Below, piece by piece: positions 38,517 to 47,595 of a DNA stretch of 64,000 nt. A program made the position numbers and the translations under genes. Origin of the DNA: Desulfatiglandales bacterium. GTDB lineage: Bacteria; Desulfobacterota; DSM-4660; Desulfatiglandales; HGW-15. Within the stretch, counting starts at the first letter, position 1. The number at the start of each line of letters is the position of its first letter. A model generated the notes under the pieces. The model did no database searches. It was not told where the DNA came from and saw only the letters and a list, made by a program, of their open reading frames with translations. Where the stretch lies: assembly GCA_963667015.2 (NCBI GenBank), contig CAXXJJ010000001.1:832001-896000 (forward strand). The letters are read 5' to 3'.

Positions 38517-38712
38517 TGAACCGCGAAGACGCAAAGGCCGCAAAGATTTATTTTTTATTGCGAAGCGCAAAATCTAATACCTCGTCGCTTGCGGCGATTA
38601 AACAGATTTATTCATTATTTGATACCCTGCTGCTTGCGGCGGGGTAGTTCATTAGTTTTTAAATTTAAATAGTTTTGTTTTACCTGGCGCACTTAGCGTC
38701 TTTGAGATTTAA
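38517..38712. repeat. Long imperfect palindromic element family C, copy 1, carrying IS200/IS605-type hairpins
   Basis: TGAACCGCGAAGACGCAAAG...CTTAGCGTCTTTGAGATTTAA; internal GATACCCTGCTGCTTGCGGCGGGGTAGTTCATT at 38621-38653. Confidence 0.65.
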
Positions 38713-38813
38713 GTTTCAGAGTTTTATGTAACTCAAAGGCCGGAGGCGTGCCCGGGGCAGGCACCCTGAACAGACGAAAATATTCCAGTAAATCATACAA
38801 GGGAATAGAAATT

Positions 38814-39752
38814 ATGAATCATACAAATAAACGAATCCTGGTAACAGGAGGCGGAGGATTTCTCGGCTCACATCTTTGTGACCGCCTTGTCTCTGAAGGG
38901 CACGATGTTATTTGTCTTGATAATTTTTTCACCGGATCAAAGAAGAATATCAGTCATCTTATAGGGAAGTCTAATTTCGAATTAATTCGGCATGATATAG
39001 TCCAGCCTATTCTTCTGGAGGCGGATGAAATATATAATCTGGCATGCCCTGCATCGCCTGTTCATTATCAGTTTAATCCTGTAAAAACTGTAAAAACAAG
39101 TGTCATGGGCGCCATTAACATGCTTGGGTTAGCTAAAAGGGTCAAGGCAAAAATCCTTCAGGCTTCTACTAGTGAAGTATATGGCGACCCAAGAGTTCAT
39201 CCTCAAAAAGAGGACTACTGGGGCAATGTCAATCCAATTGGTATAAGATCATGCTATGATGAAGGCAAACGCTGCGCTGAAACCCTGTTTTTTGATTATC
39301 ATCGGCAAAACAATGTGAAAATAAAGGTTGTCAGAATCTTCAATACATATGGCCCCAGAATGCATCCAAATGACGGCAGGGTTGTCAGTAATTTTATTGT
39401 CCAGGCCTTGGACAATGAAGATATCACAATATATGGAGATGGATCGCAGACTCGCTCTTTCTGCTATGTAGATGATTTAATTGATGGAATGATTCGAATG
39501 ATGAACAGTCCGGATGATTTTACAGGGCCGGTAAATATTGGTAATCCCAACGAGTTTACAATCCTGGAGTTGGCCCAAAAAACCATTGAGATGACATCAT
39601 CTAAATCAAAGATTATTTATCAGACATTGCCTCAGGATGACCCATTGCAGAGACAACCGGATATATCACTTGCATTGGATAAACTTGATTGGAAACCGAA
39701 GGTAGAGCTTAAAGAAGGATTGTTAAAAACGATAGCCTATTTTAAGATTTAA
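38814..39752 (+). CDS. UDP-glucuronate decarboxylase (UDP-xylose synthase)
   Basis: [19 protein letters not shown] and YDEGKR motifs. Confidence 0.93.
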   Translation: MNHTNKRILVTGGGGFLGSHLCDRLVSEGHDVICLDNFFTGSKKNISHLIGKSNFELIRHDIVQPILLEADEIYNLACPASPVHYQFNPVKTVKTSVMGAINMLGLAKRVKAKILQASTSEVYGDPRVHPQKEDYWGNVNPIGIRSCYDEGKRCAETLFFDYHRQNNVKIKVVRIFNTYGPRMHPNDGRVVSNFIVQALDNEDITIYGDGSQTRSFCYVDDLIDGMIRMMNSPDDFTGPVNIGNPNEFTILELAQKTIEMTSSKSKIIYQTLPQDDPLQRQPDISLALDKLDWKPKVELKEGLLKTIAYFKI

Positions 39753-39796
39753 TTTCTTTTTAACTGGAACGTTTTTTGAGTTACGAGAACGACGGC

Positions 39797-40378
39797 ATGA
39801 ATAATGAGAAAATATTTTCTGATCAACTGAATGAGCATAAAAATCTTTTCCTGGAAATAGATAAATATGAATCAGTAATTCTTGAGGCAGGGCAATTAAT
39901 ATGCAGTTCTCTTTCCGGGGGCAATAAATTATTAGTCTGCGGCAATGGTGGAAGCGCAGCTGATGCTCAGCACTTTTCTGCAGAACTGATAGGCCGGTTC
40001 GAGAAAGAGAGGAAAGCTTTACCGGCAATAGCGTTGACGACTGACACTTCAATCATTACAGCACTCAGTAATGATTACAGCTATGATACGGTTTTTTCCA
40101 GACAGGTAGAAGCATTGGGTGAAGAAGGAGATATTTTTGTCGGTATTTCGACCTCGGGAAATTCGAGGAACATATTAGCCGCGAATGAAGCGGCACAAAA
40201 AAAAAGGCTTAAAACTATCGGATTACTCGGCCGTGACGGCGGCCTACTCTCTTCTCAGATGGACATATCGGTAGTAATTTCACATAAAAATACTGCCCGC
40301 ATACAGGAATCCCATATTTTTATAATTCATTTCTGGGCTTCTCTGATTGAAAAATCGCTTTTCAGTATAGACCATTAA
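39797..40378 (+). CDS. gmhA: Sedoheptulose-7-phosphate isomerase
   Basis: CGNGGSAADAQH and ISTSGNS motifs. Confidence 0.95.
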   Translation: MNNEKIFSDQLNEHKNLFLEIDKYESVILEAGQLICSSLSGGNKLLVCGNGGSAADAQHFSAELIGRFEKERKALPAIALTTDTSIITALSNDYSYDTVFSRQVEALGEEGDIFVGISTSGNSRNILAANEAAQKKRLKTIGLLGRDGGLLSSQMDISVVISHKNTARIQESHIFIIHFWASLIEKSLFSIDH

Positions 40379-40382
40379 TAAT

Positions 40383-41894
40383 ATGAAAATTGAAAATAGC
40401 GCCGGTAGTAGTTTAAATTTAAATTCATTTAAAGACAGTCATGTTATGGTTGTTGGTGACGTGATGCTTGACTGTTATTTATGGGGTGATGTTAACCGAA
40501 TTTCATCTGAAGCACCGGTTCCGGTTTTTAATGTTAAAAAAAAATCGGATGTAGCAGGCGGCGCAGGCAATGTCCTTTCCAACCTGTCCGGACTGGGTTG
40601 CGAGGTGACTATTATAGGCCTGTGCGGCAAGGATGAGCCCGGTAAAAGGCTACGGACCCTGTTAAGTAACGAAAGGGTTCACGCCAGCCTTATAGAAGAT
40701 TCTCAAAGACCGACTATTGTCAAAACAAGGGTTGTCTCCAACAGTCAGCAGCTTATCAGGCTTGATGAAGAGATCGTATTCCCGGTTTTAGATGACATCA
40801 GAAAAAACCTGACAGACATTATTGAAGAAAAAATAAAATCATGCCACACCCTGATTATATCTGATTATGGAAAAGGGATTTTCCAGACAGATGGGGTAAC
40901 AGAGCAGATCATAGAAATAGCTAAAAAAAATAATACACCTGTGTTCGTCGATCCAAAGGGAAAAAATTGGGAGAGATATAAGTCTGCAACATGTATCACA
41001 CCCAATACAAAAGAGCTTGAGACAGTCTATGGGAAATCAATCGAATCCAAAGAAGAACTAATAGAAGTTATGGAAAATACGATTAGAGAATTTGATCTTT
41101 CAAGCCTTCTTGTGACCCAGGGTGCCCGGGGGATGTGTCTGTTACAGAAAGGTGGAAATCCCCAATTTATACCAGCGCTGGCTAAAGAGGTATTTGATGT
41201 GTCCGGGGCCGGAGACACCGTAATATCAACATTTACCGCATGTATTTCGATAGGTATGGATACAGATGATGCTGCAAAATTATCAAATATTGCAGCAGGA
41301 ATAGTTGTGGGGAAAGTAGGAACCCAACCAATAAATATCTTTGAGCTGAAAACCTCTGCGGATATGGATAGTGAATCCATTAGCGGCGGCTATATTTACA
41401 AAATTGCCTCAAGGTCTGCAGCAAAACTGCATATACAATTATGGCAGGCAAATGGCGAAAGAGTGGTCTTTACCAATGGATGTTTTGACCTGTTGCATCC
41501 AGGCCACATTCACCTGCTTAATAAGGCCAGGGAGCTGGGAGACAGGCTGGTAGTCGGGTTAAACGATGATGCATCAATAAAAAGACTTAAAGGCTCAAGC
41601 CGCCCTATTTTAAATGAGCACGACAGGGCATCGATATTGGCATCGCTTGAATGTGTGGATTCAGTAATAATCTTCAGTGAAGATACTCCTGAATCCCTGA
41701 TAGACACAATCAGGCCCGACATACTTGTTAAGGGGGCTGATTATAGAATTGACGAGGTTGTAGGAAAAGATATTGTTGAATCATACGGGGGTGAAGTTAA
41801 GCTCGTTAATACATTGGAAGGTTATAGTACAACAAATATTGCACAAAAAGTTCTGGATACACATAACAGAAATAATAATTCTACACAGGACTAA
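40383..41894 (+). CDS. hldE: Bifunctional heptose-7-phosphate kinase / heptose-1-phosphate adenylyltransferase
   Basis: DVSGAGDT kinase motif and TNGCFDLLHPGH. Confidence 0.95.
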   Translation: MKIENSAGSSLNLNSFKDSHVMVVGDVMLDCYLWGDVNRISSEAPVPVFNVKKKSDVAGGAGNVLSNLSGLGCEVTIIGLCGKDEPGKRLRTLLSNERVHASLIEDSQRPTIVKTRVVSNSQQLIRLDEEIVFPVLDDIRKNLTDIIEEKIKSCHTLIISDYGKGIFQTDGVTEQIIEIAKKNNTPVFVDPKGKNWERYKSATCITPNTKELETVYGKSIESKEELIEVMENTIREFDLSSLLVTQGARGMCLLQKGGNPQFIPALAKEVFDVSGAGDTVISTFTACISIGMDTDDAAKLSNIAAGIVVGKVGTQPINIFELKTSADMDSESISGGYIYKIASRSAAKLHIQLWQANGERVVFTNGCFDLLHPGHIHLLNKARELGDRLVVGLNDDASIKRLKGSSRPILNEHDRASILASLECVDSVIIFSEDTPESLIDTIRPDILVKGADYRIDEVVGKDIVESYGGEVKLVNTLEGYSTTNIAQKVLDTHNRNNNSTQD

Positions 41895-41931
41895 ATAAAT
41901 ATCAGATAAGCAATAGAGAGATGAGAAATAA

Positions 41932-42909
41932 ATGAAAAGGATTATTGTTACAGGTGGTGCAGGCTTTATTGGAAGTGCCTTCATTTGGAAATTAAACAAA
42001 GAGGGGATAGAGGATATCCTTGTCGTTGATAACCTGAAAGAAAATCCCAAATGGCGTAATCTTGTCGGATTAAGATATTCAGACTATCTCCATAAAGACA
42101 TATTTATAAAAAAAGTTTTTAACAACGAATTGGAATATCAGCCGGATGCAATCGTCCATATGGGCGCCTGCTCTTCCACAACAGAGGCTGATGCAGATTA
42201 TTTAATGGAGAACAATTATCGCTACACACGGATACTGGCTGAATGGGCGGTTTCCAGAGGAATTCGTTTTATCTATGCAAGCAGTGCAGCTACATACGGC
42301 GATGGGGAAAAAGGATTCTCCGACACTGCTGTCCTGGATGCATTACGTCCAATTAACCGGTATGGTTACTCAAAACATTTATTTGACTTATATGCTGAAC
42401 GTAATGGCCTTCTTAAGAATATAGCCGGAATAAAATTTTTTAACGTATTCGGCCCTAATGAATATCATAAGGGTGATATGACAAGCATGGTTTTTAAGGC
42501 CTTTCACCAAATCCGGAAATCCGGTTCTGTAAAACTCTTTAAATCCTATAGAGATGCTTATAAAGACGGTGAGCAGAAGCGGGATTTTGTATATATAAAA
42601 GACTGCATAGATGTGATGTGGTGGATTTTAAATAATAATGAAATAAACGGTCTTCTTAATCTGGGAACAGGTATTGCAAGATCATGGAACGACCTGGTTA
42701 ATCCGATTTTTACGGCAATGGATATTCCTCTTAATATCGAATATATCGATATGCCTGAAAATTTAAAAAACAGTTATCAATATTTTACACAGGCAGAGAT
42801 GGATCACGTAAAAGGTCTTGGCTGTCCAATCAGCTTTCGATCTCTTGAAGATTCAGTGAGTGACTATGTTGCCAATCACCTTAAGTCCAGTTTTCCCTGG
42901 CTGACATAA
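41932..42909 (+). CDS. hldD: ADP-L-glycero-D-manno-heptose 6-epimerase
   Basis: GGAGFIG, HMGACSSTT, YGYSK and GPNEYHKG motifs. Confidence 0.95.
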   Translation: MKRIIVTGGAGFIGSAFIWKLNKEGIEDILVVDNLKENPKWRNLVGLRYSDYLHKDIFIKKVFNNELEYQPDAIVHMGACSSTTEADADYLMENNYRYTRILAEWAVSRGIRFIYASSAATYGDGEKGFSDTAVLDALRPINRYGYSKHLFDLYAERNGLLKNIAGIKFFNVFGPNEYHKGDMTSMVFKAFHQIRKSGSVKLFKSYRDAYKDGEQKRDFVYIKDCIDVMWWILNNNEINGLLNLGTGIARSWNDLVNPIFTAMDIPLNIEYIDMPENLKNSYQYFTQAEMDHVKGLGCPISFRSLEDSVSDYVANHLKSSFPWLT

Positions 42910-43084
42910 ACACTGTAATTATTTTTTGTGTTTTATTGAACTTTGATATTACTCTTTCTCACTTTCATCAGGAAAGAGAAAAAAAGGAATCCTGGAATTC
43001 TTGTCCATAAAACCAAAAAACGCTTTGCGCCTTACTCTATGCAATATGCTTTATTCATTAATAACCTATTACCCCCAGACTACC

Positions 43085-44134
43085 ATGCCAAAAATAAAAA
43101 AAATAAAAAATCTATTTTATCTGTTCCCCGTATTGCTACTATTGCTATTCTCCTGTCAGAATGCTGAGAAAGTAAATATCGACTATAACATTACATGCTA
43201 TACAGCTACCTATGGAGAGGGGATTTATAAGAGCAATAATGGGGGAAAAAGCTGGTACCCCTTGAAGATGGAGCAGAGAGATCTTTATCTCTATTTTAAA
43301 CGCCTGTTTCTTGATCCAGGAGAAGATACTCTCTATGTAGCAACTACAGGTGCAGGTCTTTTTACTATTGACCTTAAGAAGAATACTCTCCAGGGCATTG
43401 AACAATATAAGGGACAGAATGTAAGAACTGTAACCTTCACAGATAACATTGAGAGCGGAAAACATGATGTTATCGTGGGAATGTTTGAAGAAGGGATTTC
43501 AAGGGGTGGGGTAGGAGAAAGAAATTATCTGAATGAAGGTCTTGTATACAGGGATGTTAATACAATTATTACAAGTGGCAATGATATATTTGCTGGTACA
43601 GTACAGGATGTTTTTAAATGGGATAGTAAAAACAAGGTATGGGTATCATCATCCGAAGGAATAAAAAACAAAAATATAATCTCAATGGCTGCTGCACCCA
43701 AAGGTGATGTTATTTATGCCGGATCAGGCGGGTATTATAACAAAAAAGGATGGCTTGAGTCTATACCATGCCTTTATATAAGCAATGATAATGGTAAAAC
43801 TTGGGAAGAGACAGATGACGGCCTTCCTGATGATACACTTATATATACTATAGCGGTTAACCCTGAAAACCCTGAAAGAATTTATCTCGGCACATCCGAT
43901 GGCATTTATATGTCGGATGACAGCGGGAAAGACTGGTCAAAGATAGATGATGGCCTACCGGATGATTTCAGAGTGTTTGATATCAGGATAAAACATATGC
44001 CTGATGGTAACGATGTCGTATATGCCGCCGGATCAAAGGGTGTTTTTATGACTGTAGATAGTGATAACCCGGTTTGGATTAGTAAAAATTATGGGTTGCC
44101 GAAGACAAACATAACCGGGGTTGTACTTAAATAA
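43085..44134 (+). CDS. BNR/Asp-box beta-propeller lipoprotein
   Basis: Lipobox LFSC; SNNGGKSW, SNDNGKTW and SDDSGKDW Asp boxes. Confidence 0.75.
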   Translation: MPKIKKIKNLFYLFPVLLLLLFSCQNAEKVNIDYNITCYTATYGEGIYKSNNGGKSWYPLKMEQRDLYLYFKRLFLDPGEDTLYVATTGAGLFTIDLKKNTLQGIEQYKGQNVRTVTFTDNIESGKHDVIVGMFEEGISRGGVGERNYLNEGLVYRDVNTIITSGNDIFAGTVQDVFKWDSKNKVWVSSSEGIKNKNIISMAAAPKGDVIYAGSGGYYNKKGWLESIPCLYISNDNGKTWEETDDGLPDDTLIYTIAVNPENPERIYLGTSDGIYMSDDSGKDWSKIDDGLPDDFRVFDIRIKHMPDGNDVVYAAGSKGVFMTVDSDNPVWISKNYGLPKTNITGVVLK

Positions 44135-44137
44135 TCC

Positions 44138-44286
44138 TGAACCGCCAAGTCACAAAGAACGCGAAGAAAAATAAAATGCCAATGATTAAAAAAAAGATAT
44201 CGCCAAACAGCTGCCAGGAAGCTTAAGCCATTCCTGTAAATTTAATATAATAAAACTCCTAGCAACCTTAGTGTCTTAGCGGTTCA
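44138..44286. repeat. Palindromic element family C, copy 2
   Basis: TGAACCGCCAAGTCACAAAG ... CTTAGTGTCTTAGCGGTTCA. Confidence 0.75.
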
Positions 44287-44353
44287 ATTTTTATCCAGTA
44301 TATCCCGTTGAAATATCCTTGAATAATTTGATAATTTTATTTGAGGTGAAATA

Positions 44354-44593
44354 ATGACATCTATACATACAAAAATATTCAAAAGTAATCGAAGTCAAGC
44401 TGTCAGGATCCCAAAGGAAATAGCCTTTCCCGAATCTGTTAAGGAAATTGAAATTACAGCTATTGGGAATAAACGCATAATATCGCCTGCCGGGCAATCA
44501 TGGGATGACTGGTTCGATGGGCCGGGAGTATCTGCTGATTTTATGAATGACCGGAAGCAACCTCAAGATCAGATCAGAGAAGACCTTTTATGA
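44354..44593 (+). CDS. vapB: VapB (AbrB-type) antitoxin
   Basis: TKIFKSNRSQAVRIPK and SWDDWF motifs. Confidence 0.9.
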   Translation: MTSIHTKIFKSNRSQAVRIPKEIAFPESVKEIEITAIGNKRIISPAGQSWDDWFDGPGVSADFMNDRKQPQDQIREDLL

Positions 44594-44705
44594 TATGATG
44601 ACTGCGGGTCACGCAAGGGCAGCAGGATTAATTCTTGTAACAAACAACACGAAAGAATTTAAAAGAGTCCCTGGACTGCTGATCGAAAACTGGGTAAAAG
44701 ACTGA
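44589..44705 (+). pseudogene. vapC: C-terminal remnant of VapC toxin
   Basis: YDMMTAGHARAAGLILVTNNTKEFKRVPGLLIENW; N-terminal part deleted. Confidence 0.85.
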
Positions 44706-44721
44706 AAGACAGTTATAAAAC

Positions 44722-44900
44722 TGAACCGCGAAGACACTAAGAACGCGAAGAAAATAAAAACTGTTAATAAAATTGAAAATGAATTGAATATCATCTTTTT
44801 GCAGAGTTAAAGTCTTTATTGATTCTGGATTTTCTTACAGAATCAATAAAATAAATCTCTTAGCGGCCTTGGCGTCTTGAGAGAGCGAACAGGCGGTTCA
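44722..44900. repeat. Palindromic element family C, copy 3
   Basis: TGAACCGCGAAGACACTAAG ... CTTGGCGTCTTG..GCGGTTCA; internal TTTATTGATT/AATCAATAAA hairpin. Confidence 0.75.
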
Positions 44901-44910
44901 ATCTTTTAAA

Positions 44911-45294
44911 ATGGATATTGAAACCATAGCATCAAAAATTATCGATTCATCAATTAAAGTCCACAAAGCATTAGGTCCAGGTCTATTGGAATCTGTTTAC
45001 CAAAAATGTCTTGCCCATGAGCTACAAAATGAAGGTTTAGATGTTAGATGTGAAGTCCCTGTACCTGTAATATATAATGATGTAACAATGGATACAGGCT
45101 TTCGGGCGGATATGATTATTAATAACACAATAATAATTGAGAATAAAACAGTCGAAAAGATCCTTCCCATCCATGAAGCACAATTACTTACATACTTAAA
45201 AGTCACGAATATTCAGTTAGGTTTTCTATTAAATTGGAATGTGACTCTGATGAAAAATGGCATTAAGCGAATGGTGTATAACTACAAACAATAA
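44911..45294 (+). CDS. GxxExxY family protein (PD-(D/E)XK-like)
   Basis: LGPGLLESVY, FRADMII, IENK and AQLLTYLK motifs. Confidence 0.92.
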   Translation: MDIETIASKIIDSSIKVHKALGPGLLESVYQKCLAHELQNEGLDVRCEVPVPVIYNDVTMDTGFRADMIINNTIIIENKTVEKILPIHEAQLLTYLKVTNIQLGFLLNWNVTLMKNGIKRMVYNYKQ

Positions 45295-45319
45295 AACTGA
45301 ACTTCGACGGCGGAAAGTT

Positions 45320-45532
45320 TGAACCGCGAAGACACAAAGTGCGCGAAGAAAACAGCTATTTTAATATTTATAATCCTGAACATACCCAACCCATTGGAAA
45401 AAAAGTTAAGACCTTAGTGGCCCCAGGAATCGCTTGAGTCTTTATTGATTTTCATATTTCTTAGAAAATCAATAAAAATAAAACTCTTAGCGAACTTGGC
45501 GTCTTGAGAAGGCGAAGCAAACGGGCGGTTCA
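45320..45532. repeat. Palindromic element family C, copy 4
   Basis: TGAACCGCGAAGACACAAAG ... CTTGGCGTCTTG..GCGGTTCA. Confidence 0.75.
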
Positions 45533-45724
45533 CTCTTAAAGTTTTAAATCTTTCAAAGGATTTTTCCCATGTCCCAAAAACCAGACAACACAAGCAAATA
45601 CCAGCGGAAGATAAAAGATGGCAAACCTGTATACTGCTTTGATAGCTTGAATTTTGACACAATGGTTATTAAATGATATTTTAAAAACAATTTTATTTAA
45701 TTACTCACTTTAAGGAGGCAGATA

Positions 45725-45988
45725 ATGCCACAAATAACCTTGAAAGAGACCATAACGAAAAAAATAGAAATTCCAATGGATACGTTGTATGAAATTATCG
45801 ATAGTCTTTCGGATGAAGAGCGAAAAGAAATACTAAAAAGACTTAAAACAAAGGCAATTGACTTGAAACCTTTCAAAAAAGACAAGATTGCCTCGATTCT
45901 GGCCGATTTTTCTTCAACAGAATTATATGAAGAAGGTTTTCTGAGAGATCTGGAAGAGGGTTTAAAAAAATTCTCTATCAATGAATAA
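45725..45988 (+). CDS. Small protein, probable antitoxin
   Basis: 87 aa with AGGAGG RBS, directly upstream of a RelE-like pseudogene. Confidence 0.6.
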   Translation: MPQITLKETITKKIEIPMDTLYEIIDSLSDEERKEILKRLKTKAIDLKPFKKDKIASILADFSSTELYEEGFLRDLEEGLKKFSINE

Positions 45989-45993
45989 AAAAA

Positions 45994-46249
45994 ATGCCTT
46001 CCATTCTCGAACTGAGAGATGATATCCGGGACTATCTTAAAAAAGCATGCCCTTAGGAAGAAATGGGAAAAGGCCAAAAAGCTTTTTGAGAATAACCCGT
46101 CACATCCTTCATTAAACACTGAATTACTGTAACCTAAACATCGAAATATATATTCATTTCGTCTTGACAAAAAATACAGAGCTATTTTTATTTGTCTACC
46201 AGAAGATGAAATAGAAATAATTGCTGTTACAAAGCATTATCGTAAATGA
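45994..46249 (+). pseudogene. RelE/YoeB-like toxin pseudogene
   Basis: FENNPSHPSLNTELL*PKHRNIYSFRLDKKYRAIF; +1 frameshift in the A-run at 46039-46044 and TAA at 46130. Confidence 0.75.
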
Positions 46250-46329
46250 TTATTAGAAAGGGCAATTAATCTCAGCAAACAAATATCCAACTTTATGTCC
46301 TATTTAAGGAATAGTAACTACTAAGCAGT

Positions 46330-46440
46330 TTTAGGTGATGAGTTGTAGGTGTTGGGTTTAAATTCAATCTTACTATTAACACAAAACTCAACACCCAAAA
46401 CTCATTAAGAAACCCAAAACTTAAAACCCAACACCCCTTT
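46330..46440. repeat. Inverted blocks of degenerate heptamer repeats
   Basis: TGATGAG TTGTAGG TGTTGGG versus AAAACTC AACACCC AAAACTC. Confidence 0.6.
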
Positions 46441-46547
46441 TAAACTTAAAAGGAAAAAATATGTACCAAACACCACAAAATAATCGATGATCTTGACTGA
46501 ATAATACTTTTTTCTTAAAATTATTAAAATATCTTAGGAGAATATAT

Positions 46548-46754
46548 ATGGCAAATCTAACACTTGAGTATTGGGAAGACGATGGATGGTATGTCGGTCG
46601 CATTGTAGAGATTCCGGGTGTTATCAGTCAGGGAGAAACAATCGATGAGTTGAAAGAGAATATTCAGGATGCCTATAAATTAATGTTGGAAAGTGAACCT
46701 GACAGCACTTTTCCAGTTCAACGGAATCGTATTCCATTTGAGGTGCGAGTTTGA
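46548..46754 (+). CDS. hicB: HicB antitoxin
   Basis: WYVG...EIPGVISQGETIDELKENIQDA. Confidence 0.88.
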   Translation: MANLTLEYWEDDGWYVGRIVEIPGVISQGETIDELKENIQDAYKLMLESEPDSTFPVQRNRIPFEVRV

Positions 46755-46935
46755 AAAGACGCGAATTTATTCGCCAATTGATTGATAAAGGATGTTATTT
46801 GTTACGCAGTGGTTCCAGGCATGATATTTACATGAATCCTTCCAACGGGAAAAATCTCCTGTTCCCAGGCATAAGGAAATCAAAAATACCCTTTGTATAT
46901 TGATTAAAAATCAGCTAGGCCTCCCAAAGGACTAA
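46751..46935 (+). pseudogene. hicA: HicA toxin with frameshift
   Basis: MKRREFIRQL..KGC.LLRSGSRHDIYMNP.NGK, then VPRHKEI in another frame; A-run at 46850-46854 is one base short. Confidence 0.82.
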
Positions 46936-47595
46936 AAATTAAAACTCATCAAGTAAGTTAATACTAAATTTTAATTTTAAGTTGTTGAATTTTAAACCCT
47001 TAAATCTTTGAACCTTTGAATCTCGCGAAGCGAGCATCCAGTAACGCTGAGCGCCTTGAATCCTTGAACCGTTGAACTTTGAATAACTTTTTATAGGTAC
47101 CAACACCATGACCAAGTCTCCTAATGATCAAAATCCTAATATACCACCAGAAGAATGTTAAGACGATGACGAAAAACTACATCGATCTTTTTTACACAAT
47201 ACTACTTTTTTTGTCGCAATATTAGCATGTTTTCATTAATTGATAATTTTATAACCCTCTGTAATAATTTATAAATAAGCTATATTAAAAGTGAGGTATA
47301 AAAAATGCACACTGAAAACAAATATGAAGAGATGTTAATCAAGGAAATAAGAGGGCTTCCAAAAATATCACAATATAAAATTGTCCAGATGCTTCGTACT
47401 CTGAGACATCGAAAAAGGATTTCCCGTGCCCACATACCTAAAAGTTGCTACGCTAATATAATCGTGAGAATTATATAAGATGAACTGATATTAAGACAAG
47501 ACCTATTCATTTCTTATACCAATTGTCTGTATATAAACTAGATATTTTCATAATATTCTTTATTCTTCAATAACGCATATTACTCCACAATAATA

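Noticed and set aside
47304..47480. Short ORF MHTENKYEEMLIKEIRGLP... with GAGG RBS
   Set aside because: May be a truncated antitoxin-like gene, but the similarity is too weak to call.
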